This document shows positions 29,641 to 44,147 of a stretch of 64,000 nucleotides of DNA, in pieces. This DNA is from Escherichia coli. GTDB lineage: Bacteria > Pseudomonadota > Gammaproteobacteria > Enterobacterales > Enterobacteriaceae. The notes beneath the pieces are model-generated. The model searched no databases and was not told where the DNA came from. It saw only the letters and a list, made by a program, of their open reading frames with translations. Within the stretch, counting starts at the first letter, position 1, and the number at the start of each line of letters is the position of its first letter. The stretch is from assembly GCF_003334305.1 (NCBI RefSeq), contig NZ_QOWS01000001.1; one strand, given 5' to 3'. The position numbers and the translations under genes are program-made.

Positions 29641-30843
29641 TCAGGCAGTCAGGCGGCTCGCGTCTTGCGCGATAACCAGTTCTTCGTTGGTTGGGATAAC
29701 CACCGCAGGACGGGTACCTTCTTTGTTGATGAAACCAGATTTGCCGAAACGTGCAGCCAGGTTGCGTTCATGATCAACTTCAAAGCCCAGCACGCCCAGT
29801 TTGCCCAGAGACAGTTCACGAACCATCGCGGCATTTTCACCGATACCACCAGTGAATACAACAGCGTCCAGACGACCATCCATCAGCGCAGTGTAGGCAC
29901 CGATGTATTTCGCCAGGCGGTGGCAGTAAACGTCCATTGCGCGCTTCGCGTCTTCTTTCGTCGCGTAGTTGTCTTCAACATAGCGGCAGTCGCTGGTCAC
30001 TTCGGTCAGACCCAGCAGGCCAGACTCTTTGGTCAGCAGTTTGTTGATTGCGTCAACGCTCATGCCCAGGGTGTCGTGCAGGTGGAAGATGATCGCCGGA
30101 TCGATATCACCAGAACGGGTACCCATGACCAGACCTTCCAGCGGGGTCAGGCCCATAGAGGTGTCAACGCATTTACCGTTGCGGATAGCAGAAACGGAAC
30201 CACCGTTGCCCAGGTGGCAGGTGATGATGTTCAGTTCTTCTACCGGTTTGTTCAGCATTTTTGCCGCTTCCTGGGTTACATAGAAGTGGCTGGTGCCGTG
30301 CGCGCCGTAACGACGGATGCCGTGCTCTTTGTACAGGTTGTACGGCAGGGCGTAGAGGTAAGACTCTTCCGGCATAGTCTGGTGGAACGCGGTGTCAAAT
30401 ACAGCAACGTTTTTGTCTTTCAGCTGTGGGAAAGATTTCAGAGCTTCTTCGATACCGATCAGGTGAGCCGGGTTGTGCAGCGGTGCAAAAGAAGCTGCAT
30501 CTTTGATACCCTGAATAACAGACTCATCGATCACTACGGAGCTGGTATACTTTTCGCCGCCGTGTACGATACGGTGACCGATAGCAGTCAGCTGCGCAGA
30601 CAGTTCTGGTTTTTGTGCCAGAATAGTATTAACGATAAAGTTGAGCGCTTCGCTGTGAGCGGCGCCTGCACCTAAAGCCGCTTCCTGTTTATTGCCGTCC
30701 ATTTTCCATTTGATACGTGCTTCGGGCAGGTGGAAACATTCGGCTAAACCAGAAAGGTACTCTTCACCATTTACTGCATCGATGATGGCAAATTTCAGTG
30801 AAGAACTACCGCAGTTCAGAACCAGTACTAACTTACTCGACAT
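29641..30843 (-). CDS. ackA: Acetate kinase
   Basis: 400-aa translation matching AckA ([20 protein letters not shown]…). Confidence 0.95.
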   Translation of the reverse strand: MSSKLVLVLNCGSSSLKFAIIDAVNGEEYLSGLAECFHLPEARIKWKMDGNKQEAALGAGAAHSEALNFIVNTILAQKPELSAQLTAIGHRIVHGGEKYTSSVVIDESVIQGIKDAASFAPLHNPAHLIGIEEALKSFPQLKDKNVAVFDTAFHQTMPEESYLYALPYNLYKEHGIRRYGAHGTSHFYVTQEAAKMLNKPVEELNIITCHLGNGGSVSAIRNGKCVDTSMGLTPLEGLVMGTRSGDIDPAIIFHLHDTLGMSVDAINKLLTKESGLLGLTEVTSDCRYVEDNYATKEDAKRAMDVYCHRLAKYIGAYTALMDGRLDAVVFTGGIGENAAMVRELSLGKLGVLGFEVDHERNLAARFGKSGFINKEGTRPAVVIPTNEELVIAQDASRLTA

Positions 30844-31180
30844 GGAAGTACCTATAATTGATACGTGGCTAAAAAAACGTCAGGGAGCCATAGAGCGTAG
30901 CGCATGATGACACCGACATTTATGATTAACATCATGCACTGCAAATTTTTTTTGCATGATGGAAGAAATATCTTGAGTCTATGCCATTTTGCGTAATTTT
31001 CAGCCAATGGCATAATGTATATGAATTTGACGACTCAATGAATATGTACTACTTAGGCCTTCAGGCTGCTAAAGGATACCTGATAGTGGGTATGGAAGAC
31101 AAAATGTTTTGAACGTTGTCCCGCTGAGTTGTGAATTTGCACAAATTTTTGAATCTTTATATGTGAAGTTGAGGTGAAGC

Positions 31181-31636
31181 ATGTCAACGCCGGATAATCG
31201 TTCTGTTAATTTTTTTAGCTTGTTTCGCCGGGGACAGCATTACTCAAAGACGTGGCCGCTGGAAAAACGCCTTGCCCCGGTCTTTGTCGAAAATCGCGTT
31301 ATCAAGATGACGCGTTATGCGATCCGTTTTATGCCGCCGATCGCCGTATTTACTCTCTGCTGGCAGATTGCCCTGGGCGGTCAGCTTGGGCCGGCAGTTG
31401 CCACTGCGCTGTTCGCCTTAAGTTTACCCATGCAGGGATTGTGGTGGCTGGGCAAGCGTTCTGTAACGCCATTACCCCCTGCAATCCTTAACTGGTTTTA
31501 TGAAGTTCGCGGTAAATTGCAGGAGTCTGGACAGGTGTTGGCACCCGTTGAAGGCAAGCCTGATTACCAGGCATTAGCTGACACGCTTAAGCGCGCCTTC
31601 AAACAACTGGATAAAACTTTCCTTGATGATTTGTAA
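31181..31636 (+). CDS. yfbV: UPF0208 membrane protein YfbV
   Basis: 151-aa translation matching YfbV. Confidence 0.85.
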
Positions 31637-31640
31637 TTGA

Positions 31641-32213
<573 letters not shown>

Positions 32214-32223
32214 GGAGGCCCGT

Positions 32224-32874
32224 GTGCGGTGCAAAGGTTTTCTGTTTGATCTTGATGGAACGCTGGTGGATTCCCTGCCTGCGGTAGAACGGGCGTGGAG
32301 CAACTGGGCCAGACGTCATGGGTTAGCACCGGAAGAGGTGCTGGCTTTCATTCACGGTAAACAGGCGATCACCTCTTTGCGCCATTTTATGGCGGGCAAA
32401 TCCGAGGCTGATATTGCCGCCGAGTTTACGCGTCTGGAGCACATCGAGGCCACGGAAACCGAAGGTATTACCGCGCTTCCGGGGGCAATCGCCTTACTCA
32501 ATCATTTGAATAAAGCAGGTATTCCGTGGGCCATTGTGACTTCTGGCTCCATGCCGGTAGCGCGAGCGCGCCATAAAATAGCTGGGCTTCCCGCACCAGA
32601 GGTGTTTGTAACCGCTGAGCGAGTGAAGCGCGGAAAACCAGAACCTGATGCGTATCTGTTAGGTGCGCAGCTGCTGGGGCTTGCGCCGCAGGAGTGTGTG
32701 GTGGTGGAAGATGCTCCCGCTGGCGTGCTTTCTGGCCTGGCGGCGGGTTGCCATGTCATTGCGGTTAACGCTCCGGCAGATACCCCGCGCCTGAATGAGG
32801 TCGATTTGGTCCTCCACAGTCTGGAGCAAATTACTGTGACCAAACAGCCAAATGGCGATGTTATTATTCAGTGA
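32224..32874 (+). CDS. yfbT: HAD-family sugar phosphatase YfbT (HxpA)
   Basis: 216-aa translation with HAD motif I (FLFDLDGTLVDS); GTG start. Confidence 0.88.
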   Translation: MRCKGFLFDLDGTLVDSLPAVERAWSNWARRHGLAPEEVLAFIHGKQAITSLRHFMAGKSEADIAAEFTRLEHIEATETEGITALPGAIALLNHLNKAGIPWAIVTSGSMPVARARHKIAGLPAPEVFVTAERVKRGKPEPDAYLLGAQLLGLAPQECVVVEDAPAGVLSGLAAGCHVIAVNAPADTPRLNEVDLVLHSLEQITVTKQPNGDVIIQ

Positions 32875-32892
32875 AACACCTGATCATGATTT

Positions 32893-32917
32893 AGCCCCGT
32901 CTCGTCGGGGCTTTTTT
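32893..32917 (+). terminator. Rho-independent terminator after yfbT
   Basis: agccccg / cggggct stem followed by tttttt. Confidence 0.7.
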
Positions 32918-32960
32918 ATGGCAGAATCAAGTCATCCCCCTCAATTAACAAGGATAAGTT

Positions 32961-34793
32961 GTGAACGGTGAATTGATTTGGGTTCTTTCATTACTGGCCG
33001 TTGCCATCGTCTTGTTTGCGACGGGCAGAGTGCGTATGGATGCGGTCGCTTTGTTTGTTATTGTCGCGTTTGCATTAAGCGGAACGCTGACGGTCCCCGA
33101 AGTATTTTCCGGCTTTTCTGATCCTAACGTTGTCCTGATTGCCGCCTTGTTTATTATTGGCGATGGTTTGGTCCGTACCGGTGTTGCCACCGTAATGGGA
33201 ACATGGCTGGTCAAAGTGGCGGGCAACAGTGAAATCAAAATGTTGGTTTTGTTGATGCTGACCGTCGCGGGGCTTGGCGCGTTTATGAGTTCAACCGGCG
33301 TTGTCGCTATCTTTATTCCCGTGGTGTTAAGCGTTGCCATGCGTATGCAAACTTCGCCGTCACGTCTGATGATGCCGTTAAGTTTTGCCGGGCTGATTAG
33401 CGGCATGATGACGCTGGTGGCGACGCCGCCGAACCTGGTAGTCAACAGTGAATTGCTGCGTGAAGGCTATCACGGCTTCAGTTTCTTTAGCGTAACACCT
33501 ATTGGCCTGGTCGTGCTGGTGCTGGGTATTTTGTATATGTTAGTGATGCGTTTCATGCTGAAAGGGGATACCCAGACCCCGCAGCGCGAAGGCTGGACGC
33601 GTCGAACCTTTCGCGATCTTATCCGTGAATATCGACTGACCGGGCGTGCGCGACGTCTGGCTATTCGCCCCGGATCGCCAATGATAGGTCAACGGCTGGA
33701 TGATCTCAAATTACGTGAGCGTTATGGCGCTAACGTCATCGGTGTTGAACGCTGGCGGCGTTTTCGTCGCGTTATCGTGAACGTTAATGGGGTTTCTGAA
33801 TTTCGCGCGCGTGACGTTTTGCTTATTGATATGTCTGCGGCTGATGTCGATCTCCGGCAATTTTGTAGTGAGCAATTGCTGGAGCCGATGGTACTGCGCG
33901 GCGAGTATTTTTCTGACCAGGCCCTTGATGTGGGCATGGCAGAGATTTCATTAATTCCTGAGTCAGAACTGATTGGTAAATCGGTGCGCGAAATTGGTTT
34001 TCGTACCCGCTACGGACTGAATGTGGTGGGGCTAAAGCGCAATGGCGTGGCGCTGGAAGGTTCGCTGGCGGATGAGCCTCTGCTGCTGGGCGATATCATC
34101 CTGGTTGTGGGTAACTGGAAACTGATCGGTATGCTGGCCAAACAGGGCCGCGACTTCGTAGCGCTGAACTTACCGGAAGAGGTGAGTGAAGCATCGCCCG
34201 CGCACAGCCAGGCACCCCATGCCATTTTCTGTCTGGTGCTAATGGTGGCGTTAATGCTGACAGATGAAATTCCTAATCCTGTTGCCGCTATCATCGCCTG
34301 CCTGCTGATGGGGAAATTCCGCTGTATAGATGCTGAAAGCGCCTATAAATCCATTCACTGGCCGAGCATTATTTTGATCGTTGGGATGATGCCGTTTGCT
34401 GTGGCATTACAGAAAACGGGAGGTGTCGCGCTGGCGGTGAAAGGGCTGATGGACATTGGCGGTGGTTACGGGCCACATATGATGCTGGGTTGTTTGTTTG
34501 TCTTGTCGGCGGTTATTGGGCTATTTATCTCTAATACCGCGACGGCGGTGTTGATGGCTCCGATTGCGCTGGCTGCTGCCAAAACGATGGGGGTGTCGCC
34601 TTATCCATTCGCGATGGTCGTGGCGATGGCAGCATCCGCCGCCTTTATGACACCGGTTTCTTCACCTGTTAACACACTGGTTTTAGGTCCGGGAAATTAC
34701 AGCTTCAGTGACTTTGTGAAGTTGGGGGTACCGTTCACCATTATCGTGATGGCGGTTTGTGTGGTGATGATCCCGATGCTGTTTCCGTTTTGA
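32961..34793 (+). CDS. yfbS: Putative ion transporter YfbS (two transmembrane blocks flanking TrkA-C/RCK-C domains)
   Basis: 610-aa translation matching YfbS; GTG start. Confidence 0.85.
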
Positions 34794-34798
34794 CAAGA

Positions 34799-34840
34799 GC
34801 CTGATGTCGCATCCGGCGCTTATTGCCTGATGCGACGCAG
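34799..34840. repeat. REP-like palindromic element between the convergent yfbS and yfbR
   Basis: gcctgatgtcgcatccggcgcttattgcctgatgcgacgc contains REP-consensus half-sites in inverted orientation. Confidence 0.6.
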
Positions 34841-34851
34841 ACTCCGGCTGC

Positions 34852-35451
34852 TTACAGCGGTGAATCCTGGCTAATCTCATCGAGCGAAAGATGGAAGCTG
34901 GGAACAAATACTTCCATGAAGTAGTCCATCTCCTGGCTGCGACGCGCTTCAAGCGTCGCTTCCAGTCGCGTTTTTGCCAGCAAGAATTCATTATTTCCGG
35001 CCGCGAGTTCTTCCAGACATTTCAGATATGCACACAGTGCATCTGCCTGTTTCACCAGCGATTTTTCTTCATCGCTATATGCATGCTCGTCAATTAACGG
35101 CGCAAAGATATCCCGCAGCTCTTCCGGAACCATATCGACCAGTTTTTGCTGAGCGATTTTTTCAATAGCCTTGTACTCCTGAGCGATTTGCGAATTGAAG
35201 TATTTCACCGGAGTAGGGAGATCGCCGGTGAGCACTTCTGAGGCATCGTGGTACATCGCCAGTAAAGCGATACGTTCGGCGTTGACATTACCGCCAAATT
35301 TCCGATTTTTGATAGCTGCCAGCGCATGGGCGACCATCGCTACCTGCAAACTGTGTTCGGACACATTTTCCGTCCGCACGTTGCGCATGAGCGGCCAGCG
35401 GTTAATGAGTTTCAGGCGGGAGAGATGGGCAAAAAAATGGCTCTGTTTCAT
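34852..35451 (-). CDS. yfbR: 5'-deoxynucleotidase YfbR (HD domain)
   Basis: 199-aa translation with HD-domain motifs. Confidence 0.9.
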
Positions 35452-35534
35452 AGTGACCTTACGTATGATGACATCATCAGGTCATTGTGGCGGGATAACG
35501 CTGCCGGATGCAATCTCCGGCAGTGAAATTAAGA

Positions 35535-36752
35535 TTACAGCTGATGATAACCAGAAAGGAAACGCGCGAACTTGCTCAAAGACAGCTCGATATCATCGAC
35601 ACGCGGTAGCGTGACAATGCGGAAGTGATCCGGCCACGGCCAGTTGAATGCCGTCCCTTGCACCAACAGAACTTTTTCCTGCAACAGGAAATCCAGCACC
35701 ATTTTCTGATCGTCGTGAATGTTAAAGCGTTTGGCGTCGATTTTCGGGAACATATACAGCGCACCACGAGGTTTCACGCAGGAAACGCCCGGAATATCGT
35801 TGATCAGTTCCCACGCGCGGTTACGCTGCTCATAAAGACGACCGCCAGGGGTAATAAATTCACTGATGCTCTGATAACCACCCAGCGCGGTCTGAATGGC
35901 GTGTTGCGCAGGAACGTTAGCACACAGGCGCATTGAAGCCAGCATTTCCAGACCTTCGATGTAGCCTTTGGCGTGTTTTTTCGGCCCGTTCAACACCATC
36001 CACCCCTGACGGAAGCCTGCAACGCGGTACGTTTTCGACAGTCCGTTAAAGGTAATGGTCAGCAGGTCAGGTGCCAGCGGCGCAATTGAGTGATGCTCAG
36101 CGTCGTCGTAAAGAATTTTGTCATAAATTTCATCGGCGAAGATAATGAGATTATGCTGACGTGCAATCTCCACAATCTCCATTAAAAGCTCTTTGGAATA
36201 TACCGCGCCGGTTGGGTTATTTGGGTTGATTATAACGATCCCACGCGTACGAGGCGTAATTTTAGCGCGAATATCATCGAGGTCCGGGAACCAGTCAGAG
36301 GATTCATCGCAAAGATAATGCACCGCTTTACCGCTGGAAAGCGAAACCGCCGCGGTCCATAGTGGGTAATCTGGTGCAGGAACCAACATTTCGTCCCCGC
36401 TGTTCAGCAATGCCTGCATTGCCTGAACGATAAGCTCCGATACACCATTGCCGATGTAAATATCTTCCACGGTAACATCACGCATGCCACGAGCCTGGTA
36501 GTGCTGCATGATGGCTTTACGCGCGGAGTAAAGACCTTTGGAATCGCAATACCCTTGAGCGGTAGGCAGGTTGCGTATCACGTCAACGAGGATTTCATCT
36601 GGCGCGTCAAAACCGAACGGGGCTGGGTTGCCGATGTTCAGTTTCAGTACCTTGTTACCTTCTTCTTCCAGGCGTTTTGCTTCTTTCAGCACCGGACCAC
36701 GGATGTCATAACAGACATTCTCTAATTTGCTGGATTTTTCAATGGGGGACAT
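35535..36752 (-). CDS. alaA: Glutamate-pyruvate aminotransferase AlaA (YfbQ)
   Basis: 405-aa class I/II aminotransferase translation with PLP-lysine context (…FNGLSKTYRVAGFR…). Confidence 0.92.
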   Translation of the reverse strand: MSPIEKSSKLENVCYDIRGPVLKEAKRLEEEGNKVLKLNIGNPAPFGFDAPDEILVDVIRNLPTAQGYCDSKGLYSARKAIMQHYQARGMRDVTVEDIYIGNGVSELIVQAMQALLNSGDEMLVPAPDYPLWTAAVSLSSGKAVHYLCDESSDWFPDLDDIRAKITPRTRGIVIINPNNPTGAVYSKELLMEIVEIARQHNLIIFADEIYDKILYDDAEHHSIAPLAPDLLTITFNGLSKTYRVAGFRQGWMVLNGPKKHAKGYIEGLEMLASMRLCANVPAQHAIQTALGGYQSISEFITPGGRLYEQRNRAWELINDIPGVSCVKPRGALYMFPKIDAKRFNIHDDQKMVLDFLLQEKVLLVQGTAFNWPWPDHFRIVTLPRVDDIELSLSKFARFLSGYHQL

Positions 36753-37668
36753 GAATCTTGACCTTTTTTGCTGTTATCGCCACTCCCTGCCGTGGAAGTC
36801 AGCTTAGAACAATGTACTCCCCCAGGACGGTGTTTTGAAGGTCTGCAGAATAAGATTTTGCCAGAGGGGAAGGCTCGATTGTGCTGTTAATAACTTAATA
36901 ATGACAAAATAATGAGGTGTATATGCTTTACATGCAATGTTATATAGTGAATTGTTCTGATTCTTAATTGTAAGTCTGGTTTTTTTATCTGTAAGATAAT
37001 TGTGTGAAAATGCCTCATTTAAGAATTCACTAATGAAACGCGATGATGATATTTCCGCATTACGGAGAGTTTAACAGCGTGATGATTTCCGAGGTGTCGT
37101 AATGGGGGCAAGGTGTGAAACTATTGTTAAGCGGAATTAATGAATGAGGATGATGCTAATTAATTATTATTTAATATTCAAAAAGGTTTTGATGTGCTTA
37201 TTAATAATAGAAGATTACTTTGCCTAACATAACATAACTTTGCATCAGATAATTCGCAATGACCCTTATAAATAAAAGGTTTTTGGGGTAAAATGCTCGC
37301 ATAAATGACGGATCCCTGCTCTTGATGCCGCCTCACCATTGCTGTTTGTACGTGTTCGCGTATGACCAGCGATGCTGCACGAGAGTGGAACAAGGACTCA
37401 CATTTACATTTATACAAACACGCGCATGTCATAAATAGAAAAGAGTGAGTAACTTAATAGATATGCGATCCCTGAAGATATATTCTGTGATCTACTTCAG
37501 GCATTATAACGGAACAATGTGAGTCGCTTTTTTAGTGCAACTCATATGCATTTTTACTTTCGTCCGGGTTCCGGATGAAACTGCCAGGGAGGCACATTAC
37601 AAATGGAATTGCTTGTTTGTGTGTGCACAGCATTAACCAGCTCAGTATGAGCCGCCAGTAAGTGATAA

Positions 37669-38610
<942 letters not shown>

Positions 38611-38655
38611 TCGACGGACGATAGATAATTCCTGAGACAATAGTGTAAAAAACGA

Positions 38656-38693
38656 GCCGCTGGGGGTGTTTTAAACCCCAGCGGCTTTTTTTT
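38656..38693 (+). terminator. Rho-independent terminator after lrhA
   Basis: 10-bp stem gccgctgggg / ccccagcggc followed by a T8 run. Confidence 0.8.
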
Positions 38694-39240
38694 AGTAAAA
38701 ATCCTTCCTCGCATAGTGCAGAACGTACAAAACTGTTCATTTTTCAATCACCAGAGATTCACGTCCCGAACGCACAAATAATCGCCTGAAAAAAATCACC
38801 TGCTACAATGATGTTAAAAAATACGTAAATTTGTTGCTGCGTTTTTGTTATGGAATGACAAAAGCGTGTCACAGATCAAGAAAATACTCTCTTTTGGGGG
38901 GAGGAATCGACACAAATTCCTGTCAAAATAGACCCGTATTTTTTCCATTGCTTCACAACGGACACGATTCAACAACATCTAATTATCCTGGAGTCGTCAA
39001 GGATCTGGGGTGAAAGGGCATTAAATGCTAATGGTGTTGATATTATGTAAACTAATGTGAAGAAACTTTTGTTAAAGTTGACAAAAGGTTATAGAAAGGA
39101 GTAAAAGACCACATCAATTAGCTGTATAAAAGAATTTCTACAGTGATTGTAAGGTTTTTTTTATTCCTCCCCATGAATCGATGTGGCGTCCATCTGCCGT
39201 GAAGAGCAGTGAATCTGGCGCTACTTTTGATGAGTAAGCA
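38694..39240 (+). promoter_or_regulatory. nuo operon promoter / regulatory region (long AT-rich leader)
   Basis: About 550 bp non-coding between the lrhA terminator and nuoA; individual promoter and regulator sites are not resolved from sequence alone. Confidence 0.45.
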
Positions 39241-39684
39241 ATGAGTATGTCAACATCCACTGAAGTCATCGCTCATCACTGGGCATTCGCTATCTTTCTT
39301 ATCGTTGCCATTGGCCTGTGTTGCCTGATGCTGGTAGGCGGTTGGTTTTTAGGCGGTCGCGCACGCGCGAGGTCGAAAAACGTGCCGTTTGAATCCGGTA
39401 TCGACTCGGTCGGCTCCGCCCGCTTACGCCTGTCCGCCAAGTTTTATCTGGTGGCCATGTTCTTCGTTATCTTCGACGTTGAAGCGCTGTATCTGTTCGC
39501 ATGGTCAACCTCTATCCGCGAAAGCGGCTGGGTAGGCTTTGTGGAAGCTGCAATTTTTATTTTTGTGTTACTGGCAGGTCTGGTTTATCTGGTGCGTATT
39601 GGCGCGCTGGACTGGACGCCCGCGCGTTCACGCCGCGAGCGTATGAACCCGGAAACGAACAGTATCGCTAATCGTCAACGCTAA
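39241..39684 (+). CDS. nuoA: NADH-quinone oxidoreductase subunit A
   Basis: 147-aa translation matching NuoA. Confidence 0.95.
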
Positions 39685-39699
39685 CCGCGAGGCATTAAG

Positions 39700-40362
39700 A
39701 TGGATTATACGCTCACCCGCATAGATCCCAACGGTGAGAACGACCGTTACCCCCTGCAAAAGCAGGAGATCGTAACCGACCCTCTGGAGCAAGAAGTTAA
39801 CAAAAACGTGTTTATGGGCAAGCTCAATGACATGGTTAACTGGGGTCGTAAAAACTCAATTTGGCCGTATAACTTCGGTCTTTCCTGCTGTTACGTTGAG
39901 ATGGTGACTTCGTTTACCGCGGTGCATGACGTGGCGCGTTTTGGCGCAGAAGTATTGCGTGCTTCGCCGCGTCAGGCTGACCTGATGGTGGTTGCAGGAA
40001 CCTGCTTTACCAAAATGGCACCGGTTATTCAGCGTCTGTATGACCAGATGCTGGAACCAAAATGGGTTATCTCAATGGGTGCCTGTGCCAACTCTGGTGG
40101 TATGTACGATATTTATTCCGTTGTGCAGGGCGTCGATAAATTCATCCCGGTTGATGTGTATATCCCGGGCTGCCCGCCGCGTCCTGAAGCGTACATGCAG
40201 GCACTGATGCTGTTGCAGGAATCTATCGGCAAAGAACGTCGTCCGCTCTCCTGGGTGGTTGGCGATCAGGGCGTTTATCGCGCCAATATGCAATCAGAGC
40301 GCGAACGCAAGCGCGGTGAACGCATTGCCGTAACCAACCTGCGTACACCTGACGAGATTTAA
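39700..40362 (+). CDS. nuoB: NADH-quinone oxidoreductase subunit B
   Basis: 220-aa translation with Fe-S cysteine motifs (CCYVEM…GCPP). Confidence 0.95.
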
Positions 40363-40455
40363 TTTGCGCCTGTCGGCAAAGGGATTTTTCTTCGCTTATT
40401 CCTAAATCTATTTCGCGAAGCTTACTGCGCCGACAGTCACCACGGACCATTTGCA

Positions 40456-42258
40456 ATGGTGAACAATATGACCGACTTAACCGCGCAAGAACCCGCCTGG
40501 CAGACCCGCGATCATCTTGATGATCCGGTGATTGGCGAACTGCGCAACCGTTTTGGGCCGGATGCCTTTACTGTTCAGGCGACTCGCACCGGGGTTCCCG
40601 TTGTGTGGATCAAGCGTGAACAATTACTGGAAGTTGGCGATTTCTTAAAGAAACTGCCGAAACCTTACGTCATGCTGTTTGACTTACACGGCATGGACGA
40701 ACGTCTGCGCACACACCGCGAAGGGTTACCTGCCGCGGATTTTTCCGTTTTCTACCATCTGATTTCTATCGATCGTAACCGCGACATCATGCTGAAGGTG
40801 GCGCTGGCAGAAAACGACCTGCACGTACCGACCTTCACCAAACTGTTCCCGAACGCTAACTGGTATGAGCGTGAAACCTGGGATCTGTTTGGCATTACTT
40901 TCGACGGTCACCCGAACCTGCGCCGCATCATGATGCCGCAAACCTGGAAAGGTCACCCGCTGCGTAAAGATTACCCGGCGCGCGCTACCGAATTCTCGCC
41001 GTTTGAGCTGACCAAAGCCAAACAGGATCTGGAGATGGAAGCCCTGACCTTCAAACCGGAAGAGTGGGGGATGAAGCGCGGCACCGAAAACGAGGACTTC
41101 ATGTTCCTCAACCTCGGTCCGAACCACCCGTCGGCGCACGGGGCTTTCCGTATCGTTTTACAACTCGACGGCGAAGAGATTGTCGACTGCGTACCAGACA
41201 TCGGCTACCACCACCGTGGTGCGGAGAAAATGGGCGAGCGCCAGTCCTGGCACAGCTACATTCCGTATACCGACCGTATTGAATACCTCGGCGGCTGCGT
41301 TAACGAAATGCCTTACGTGCTGGCGGTAGAGAAACTGGCCGGGATCACCGTGCCGGATCGCGTTAACGTCATTCGCGTTATGCTCTCCGAACTGTTCCGT
41401 ATCAACAGCCACCTGCTGTACATCTCGACCTTTATTCAGGACGTCGGCGCAATGACGCCCGTGTTCTTCGCCTTTACCGATCGTCAGAAAATTTACGATC
41501 TGGTGGAAGCGATCACGGGTTTCCGTATGCACCCGGCGTGGTTCCGTATTGGCGGCGTAGCGCACGACCTGCCGCGCGGCTGGGATCGCCTGCTGCGTGA
41601 GTTCCTCGACTGGATGCCGAAACGTCTGGCGTCTTACGAGAAAGCGGCGCTGCAAAATACCATTCTGAAAGGTCGTTCCCAGGGCGTTGCCGCCTATGGC
41701 GCGAAAGAGGCGCTGGAGTGGGGCACCACTGGCGCGGGCCTGCGTGCTACCGGGATCGACTTCGACGTGCGTAAGGCGCGTCCTTATTCTGGCTATGAAA
41801 ACTTCGACTTTGAAATCCCGGTTGGTGGTGGTGTTTCTGACTGCTACACCCGCGTAATGCTGAAAGTGGAAGAGCTGCGCCAGAGTCTGCGCATTCTTGA
41901 GCAGTGCCTCAACAACATGCCGGAAGGCCCGTTCAAAGCGGATCACCCGCTGACCACGCCGCCGCCGAAAGAGCGCACGCTGCAACATATCGAAACCCTG
42001 ATCACCCACTTCCTGCAAGTGTCGTGGGGGCCGGTGATGCCTGCCAATGAATCTTTCCAGATGATTGAGGCGACCAAGGGGATCAACAGTTACTACCTGA
42101 CCAGCGACGGTAGCACCATGAGTTATCGCACTCGTATCCGCACGCCGAGTTATGCGCATTTGCAGCAAATTCCGGCGGCGATCCGCGGCAGCCTGGTGTC
42201 TGACCTGATTGTTTATCTGGGCAGTATCGATTTTGTTATGTCAGATGTGGACCGCTAA
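40456..42258 (+). CDS. nuoC: NADH-quinone oxidoreductase fused subunit C/D
   Basis: 600-aa translation matching fused NuoCD; an alternative ATG lies at 40468. Confidence 0.92.
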
Positions 42259-42260
42259 TT

Positions 42261-42761
42261 ATGCACGAGAATCAACAACCACAAACCGAGGCTTTTGAGC
42301 TGAGTGCGGCAGAGCGTGAAGCGATTGAGCACGAGATGCACCACTACGAAGACCCGCGTGCGGCGTCCATTGAAGCGCTGAAAATCGTTCAGAAGCAGCG
42401 TGGCTGGGTGCCGGATGGTGCGATCCACGCGATCGCCGATGTGCTGGGTATTCCGGCAAGCGACGTCGAAGGTGTGGCAACGTTCTACAGTCAGATCTTC
42501 CGCCAGCCGGTTGGTCGCCATGTGATCCGTTATTGCGACAGCGTGGTCTGTCATATCAACGGGTATCAGGGTATTCAGGCGGCGCTCGAGAAAAAGCTGA
42601 ACATCAAACCAGGGCAAACGACATTTGATGGCCGCTTTACGCTGCTGCCAACTTGCTGCCTGGGGAACTGTGATAAAGGGCCAAACATGATGATCGATGA
42701 GGATACTCACGCGCATCTGACCCCGGAAGCGATCCCTGAACTGCTGGAGCGGTATAAATGA
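42261..42761 (+). CDS. nuoE: NADH-quinone oxidoreductase subunit E
   Basis: 166-aa translation with 2Fe-2S cysteines. Confidence 0.95.
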
Positions 42762-44095
42762 AAAACATTATCCGTACTCCCGAAACGCATCCGCTGACCT
42801 GGCGTCTGCGCGATGACAAACAGCCAGTGTGGCTGGACGAATATCGCAGCAAAAACGGTTACGAAGGCGCGCGTAAGGCGCTGACCGGGCTGTCTCCGGA
42901 CGAAATCGTTAATCAGGTAAAAGACGCTGGTCTGAAAGGGCGCGGTGGCGCGGGCTTTTCTACCGGCCTGAAATGGAGCCTGATGCCGAAAGACGAATCC
43001 ATGAACATCCGTTACCTGCTGTGTAACGCCGATGAAATGGAGCCAGGCACCTATAAAGACCGCCTGCTGATGGAGCAACTGCCGCACCTGCTGGTGGAAG
43101 GTATGCTCATCTCCGCGTTTGCGCTGAAAGCTTACCGTGGCTACATCTTCCTGCGTGGCGAATATATCGAAGCGGCAGTAAATCTGCGCCGCGCCATTGC
43201 CGAAGCCACTGAAGCGGGCTTGCTTGGCAAAAACATTATGGGAACAGGTTTCGACTTCGAACTGTTCGTCCATACCGGGGCAGGGCGCTACATCTGCGGG
43301 GAAGAAACAGCGTTAATCAACTCCCTGGAAGGGCGTCGTGCTAACCCACGCTCGAAACCCCCCTTCCCGGCAACCTCCGGCGTATGGGGCAAACCGACCT
43401 GTGTCAACAACGTCGAAACCCTGTGTAACGTTCCGGCGATCCTCGCTAACGGCGTGGAGTGGTATCAGAACATCTCGAAAAGTAAAGATGCTGGCACCAA
43501 GCTGATGGGCTTCTCCGGTCGGGTGAAAAATCCGGGACTGTGGGAACTGCCGTTCGGCACCACCGCACGCGAGATCCTCGAAGATTACGCCGGTGGTATG
43601 CGTGATGGTCTGAAATTTAAAGCCTGGCAGCCAGGCGGCGCGGGCACCGACTTCCTGACCGAAGCGCACCTTGATCTGCCGATGGAATTCGAAAGTATCG
43701 GTAAAGCGGGCAGCCGTCTGGGTACGGCGCTGGCGATGGCGGTTGACCATGAGATCAACATGGTGTCGCTGGTGCGTAACCTGGAAGAGTTTTTCGCCCG
43801 TGAGTCCTGCGGCTGGTGTACGCCGTGCCGCGACGGTCTGCCGTGGAGCGTGAAAATTCTGCGTGCGCTGGAGCGTGGCGAAGGCCAGCCGGGCGATATC
43901 GAAACACTTGAGCAACTGTGTCGATTCTTAGGCCCGGGTAAAACTTTCTGTGCCCACGCACCTGGTGCAGTGGAGCCGTTACAGAGCGCCATCAAATATT
44001 TCCGCGAAGAATTTGAGGCGGGAATCAAACAGCCGTTCAGCAATACCCATTTGATTAATGGGATTCAGCCGAACCTGCTGAAAGAGCGCTGGTAA
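42758..44095 (+). CDS. nuoF: NADH-quinone oxidoreductase subunit F
   Basis: 445-aa translation with FMN/NADH-binding and 4Fe-4S motifs; start overlaps the nuoE stop. Confidence 0.95.
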   Translation: MKNIIRTPETHPLTWRLRDDKQPVWLDEYRSKNGYEGARKALTGLSPDEIVNQVKDAGLKGRGGAGFSTGLKWSLMPKDESMNIRYLLCNADEMEPGTYKDRLLMEQLPHLLVEGMLISAFALKAYRGYIFLRGEYIEAAVNLRRAIAEATEAGLLGKNIMGTGFDFELFVHTGAGRYICGEETALINSLEGRRANPRSKPPFPATSGVWGKPTCVNNVETLCNVPAILANGVEWYQNISKSKDAGTKLMGFSGRVKNPGLWELPFGTTAREILEDYAGGMRDGLKFKAWQPGGAGTDFLTEAHLDLPMEFESIGKAGSRLGTALAMAVDHEINMVSLVRNLEEFFARESCGWCTPCRDGLPWSVKILRALERGEGQPGDIETLEQLCRFLGPGKTFCAHAPGAVEPLQSAIKYFREEFEAGIKQPFSNTHLINGIQPNLLKERW

Positions 44096-44147
44096 CCGAA
44101 TTTCGATTAACGCTCAGTCTCTGACTGAGAAAACTGGAAGCATGCTA

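Noticed and set aside
37178-37432. 84-aa ORF on the minus strand within the alaA-lrhA intergenic region
   Set aside because: Low-complexity, Cys/Lys/Leu-rich translation in an AT-rich region with no ribosome-binding site or recognisable domain; most likely a chance ORF.
40363-40455. 8-bp inverted repeat (ctgtcggc … gccgacag, 40370-40436) in the nuoB-nuoC spacer as a possible REP or attenuator
   Set aside because: The stem is short and separated by about 50 nt of loop; no REP consensus and no T-tract. Too weak to call as a feature.
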